Assembly: GCF_031769215.1 (NCBI RefSeq)
Contig: NW_026782462.1
Location: forward strand, 1-64,000
Length of the DNA stretch: 64,000 nucleotides
Source: Ylistrum balloti
Taxonomy: Eukaryota
Reading direction: 5' to 3'
Under the pieces are notes generated by a model that was given only the letters and a program-made list of their open reading frames with translations, made no database searches and was not told the DNA's origin. The translations under genes and the position numbers were made by a program. Of the stretch, positions 61,209-64,000 are shown one piece after another; the first letter of the stretch is position 1, and each line of letters starts with the position of its first letter.

Positions 61209-64000
61209 GATTAAGCTAATAAAGTATCCAGTCATATCTTGTACCGTTTTCTTATTTTATTATCACTTCTGTGTTTTTGGTACAATTATATAACGTTGGT
61301 GCGCTACTGAATTTTAAAGGTAACGTCAAATGCGCATTATACCAGTCATGTCTCCTATGCCTTACCATTTCACTGACATATCCACTTATTTGATGCATTA
61401 AATAATTAAATGTGAGGGCTACGTATCACGACACAAGTGTATGGCCAATAGGAATCAGTTAACTCATCAAAGGTAATATGCACATTAGTATCAGAAGAGA
61501 AACGATATGATTGCATTATCAATCAGGAAATTCTAAACACAAGTGTCAATAAATGATCATGTATTTCATTTCAATTCTATTTTTATGGACCCTTGCCAAT
61601 AGTAGATTGAATATTTCATATCCAGCTAAGTGATATTTATCTCTGAAACAGTTAACATAAACAACTTGAGTGCTAAAGAAATGTAAAATTGATGTCGACT
61701 AATGCAATCATGAAAAAGTTTGGACGTTGCTATTAAAGGGTTTCACCACGATTTTGGTTTTTGTTCAATTCTGTTCATCATGATCCAAATAGTACTTCCA
61801 CCTATATGGTGCTCCGTTACCAATATTGTGGCAGTCCGTTTTGGTAGAGCTGGAAATTAGATGAGGCGACCAGTCACAGGGTACATATGACGTAAGAGTG
61901 TTGCTTCGAATGACTATGTCTATATTGATATGTGAAAAGTAGTAGTGTAGTATAAAAACCTGAACAAACAAAGCTTTATATAAAACAAATTATGTGGAAT
62001 TAACATAGGATCGTAAGTTGGCGATATTCAATTGTATATGTGTTTCCATCTCCAAATATGTGTTCGTGGTTAGAAACAGAGGCTACTGTTTATGAAATTA
62101 CATGAAATATAATTTTATGGATATCATGTTAAATATTTTTTTATGATTTCTTTAGTTTCGGAATTGTCAAATTGTTTTGTAACAGAGAAATCTATACACA
62201 ATTACACGTGTTCTCAGTTACATCAACTATAACGGTTATAATTCGGGTATTCAAGAATAATGAATGAAAATATGAATTCCAGTGGCAAGTCAGTAGTAAA
62301 GTCATGTTAATCAAATTATTAAAATGATTTCGAATTTCTTCTATTCAATAGGAATGTCTTCCCCGCGCTTTCATTGGTGGTAGGGAATATATGTATAAAC
62401 AAAAACAAGTCCGAGGATTGATATTTGCATTTGTGCATAAACTTTCAGAGTACAAGAAAGCATTGCTAATACATACTTAAAAGTTATGTGTGTGTATATA
62501 GCCATTAAAATATCTGCAGCAGGCGCGTGCACTGAGTGGGCCAAGCTGTTGTACATGTCACAACAACGAACCTCACACGGTCCGTTTTGCTTATTTTGTG
62601 ATTATGATAAAACAACATCTAATACCTGTATTTAATTGTATACGTGAATACTAACCAATAGGCCTACCGTTCGTTAGTTTGTCAGTAGGTCCTATTGTTG
62701 TATACCTTATTTTCATCGAGAACGTTACATTACGTACTTGGATTGACTAAGAAATACATGGCGGGTGTTGTCGATGATGCAGCAGATATTCCCTCTTCCT
62801 TACACCAGGTTTTATTCGCCTTATATTTGTTAGGAGTCTCCGTGTGAATCCTTCGTTTGGTCATATTATTTAAGTTTGGATTATAGTAACATGCTTGTAG
62901 TTCTCTTGTTGCTCTGTTGAACATTTCGCCATTAGAAGTAATAAATGTAAACAACTATTTACATTCATAGACATTTCTCACAAATAGTACAAATGGAAAC
63001 AATGTAAGGTTAGTACAAACATTCTGATTTTGTTCTTGGCAAATCAAATCCCTTATTAACCCTATCTTCAGCACAAATTTTTCCAAATTACCCTATTGAG
63101 CTCTAATATCAAACAAGTAAGTGTGAGCATTGTTGATTGTTTCGACACTGGTAGGCCGGAAGACATAGAAATGCGTGATTTTCTCCCTCAAATAACTTTG
63201 ATAAAAACATTTTTACAATTCATAGTACCTTGCTGTTTGGTCGGCCGATAGGCCGCACATTGCTTACATCAGTTTACCATATTATATACAATAAATATAC
63301 CAATAATGAAATAGAAAACGAGTCTATAGACCAATCGCTAACACAGTTAGTTTAATAATATTCTTCTATTAATTACACATGGCTGTTTCAAGACGGCTTG
63401 TTGTGAAGATATTATTATATTTTATGTATATCATAGTGACATCTAAGGACAAAAAGATGTAGAAATATGAAAGTAAGTATTTATCTATCCGTTAAGTTAA
63501 TTTTCTTTTAATGGATTTCCTCAATCATTAGTTAGAAGAGGATTTAGATACTTCATTATGAGATCGCGGGTCCTCATTCCTAACATATTAAAGCCAGTAA
63601 TCAATTTCTGTAGTGAATATATGATATGTGATTAGGATATCAACTTTGTAAAAGTAGAACTTGGGATTAGCCTGAAGCTATTGTCAGTAGAGCCTGTAAT
63701 AAGTAACCTACCTACTGACAATTTCTTATTTACTTTGTTCCACTTTTCTTCTGTCCACTCTGGAACACGAATATTTTCCATTTTTTAGACGCCAGATGCT
63801 AACCCTTTCGTACAAAGTCACTATATAATAGATTATTAAATTTTTATTAGATGTCTGAAATTGAACTTTATTTTCTAAGGTGAGGCATATATATGTTACT
63901 GCTAGAGGCATATATATGTTACTGCTACACATGGTTTCATAGTGACTATATCTAAACACAAAGGGTAGAAGACAGGTATTGGAAATGGAATTGTTCGCGG

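Noticed and set aside
62757-62860. ATGGCG-initiated short ORF (MAGVVDDAAD...) as the start of a neighbouring gene
   Set aside because: There is no good splice donor and an early stop. It loosely resembles PLE-associated terminal repeats of bivalves, but too weakly to call.

Overview
This is AT-rich eukaryotic DNA with GT-AG introns, most likely from a bivalve mollusc (inferred from the repeat families). It holds three paralogs of one uncharacterised 12-exon gene that I assembled by hand. The gene encodes a ~950-1000 aa secreted protein: signal peptide, several beta-sandwich-like repeats and a Cys-rich C-terminal module. Copy 1 is + strand, 1-7093, 5' part outside the window. Copy 2 is - strand, 23415-34346, 999 aa. 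Copy 3 is - strand, 50293-61208, 947 aa. Copies 1 and 2 sit on the arms of a near-identical inverted duplication (1-8161 / 21754-30474). The 13.6-kb spacer is mostly a decayed L1/Tx1 LINE with a nested antisense CR1. Between copies 2 and 3 the intergenic flank occurs twice, as if a fourth gene copy had been deleted at an Academ transposon end; a Tc1 element also lies here. Each gene ends inside a 50-bp minisatellite whose first unit encodes the C-terminus and stop codon. Intron 1 of copy 3 carries an intact-looking minimal type I hammerhead ribozyme on the antisense strand, decayed in copy 2. No rRNA, tRNA or CRISPR array was found. All alignments and counts were done by eye.
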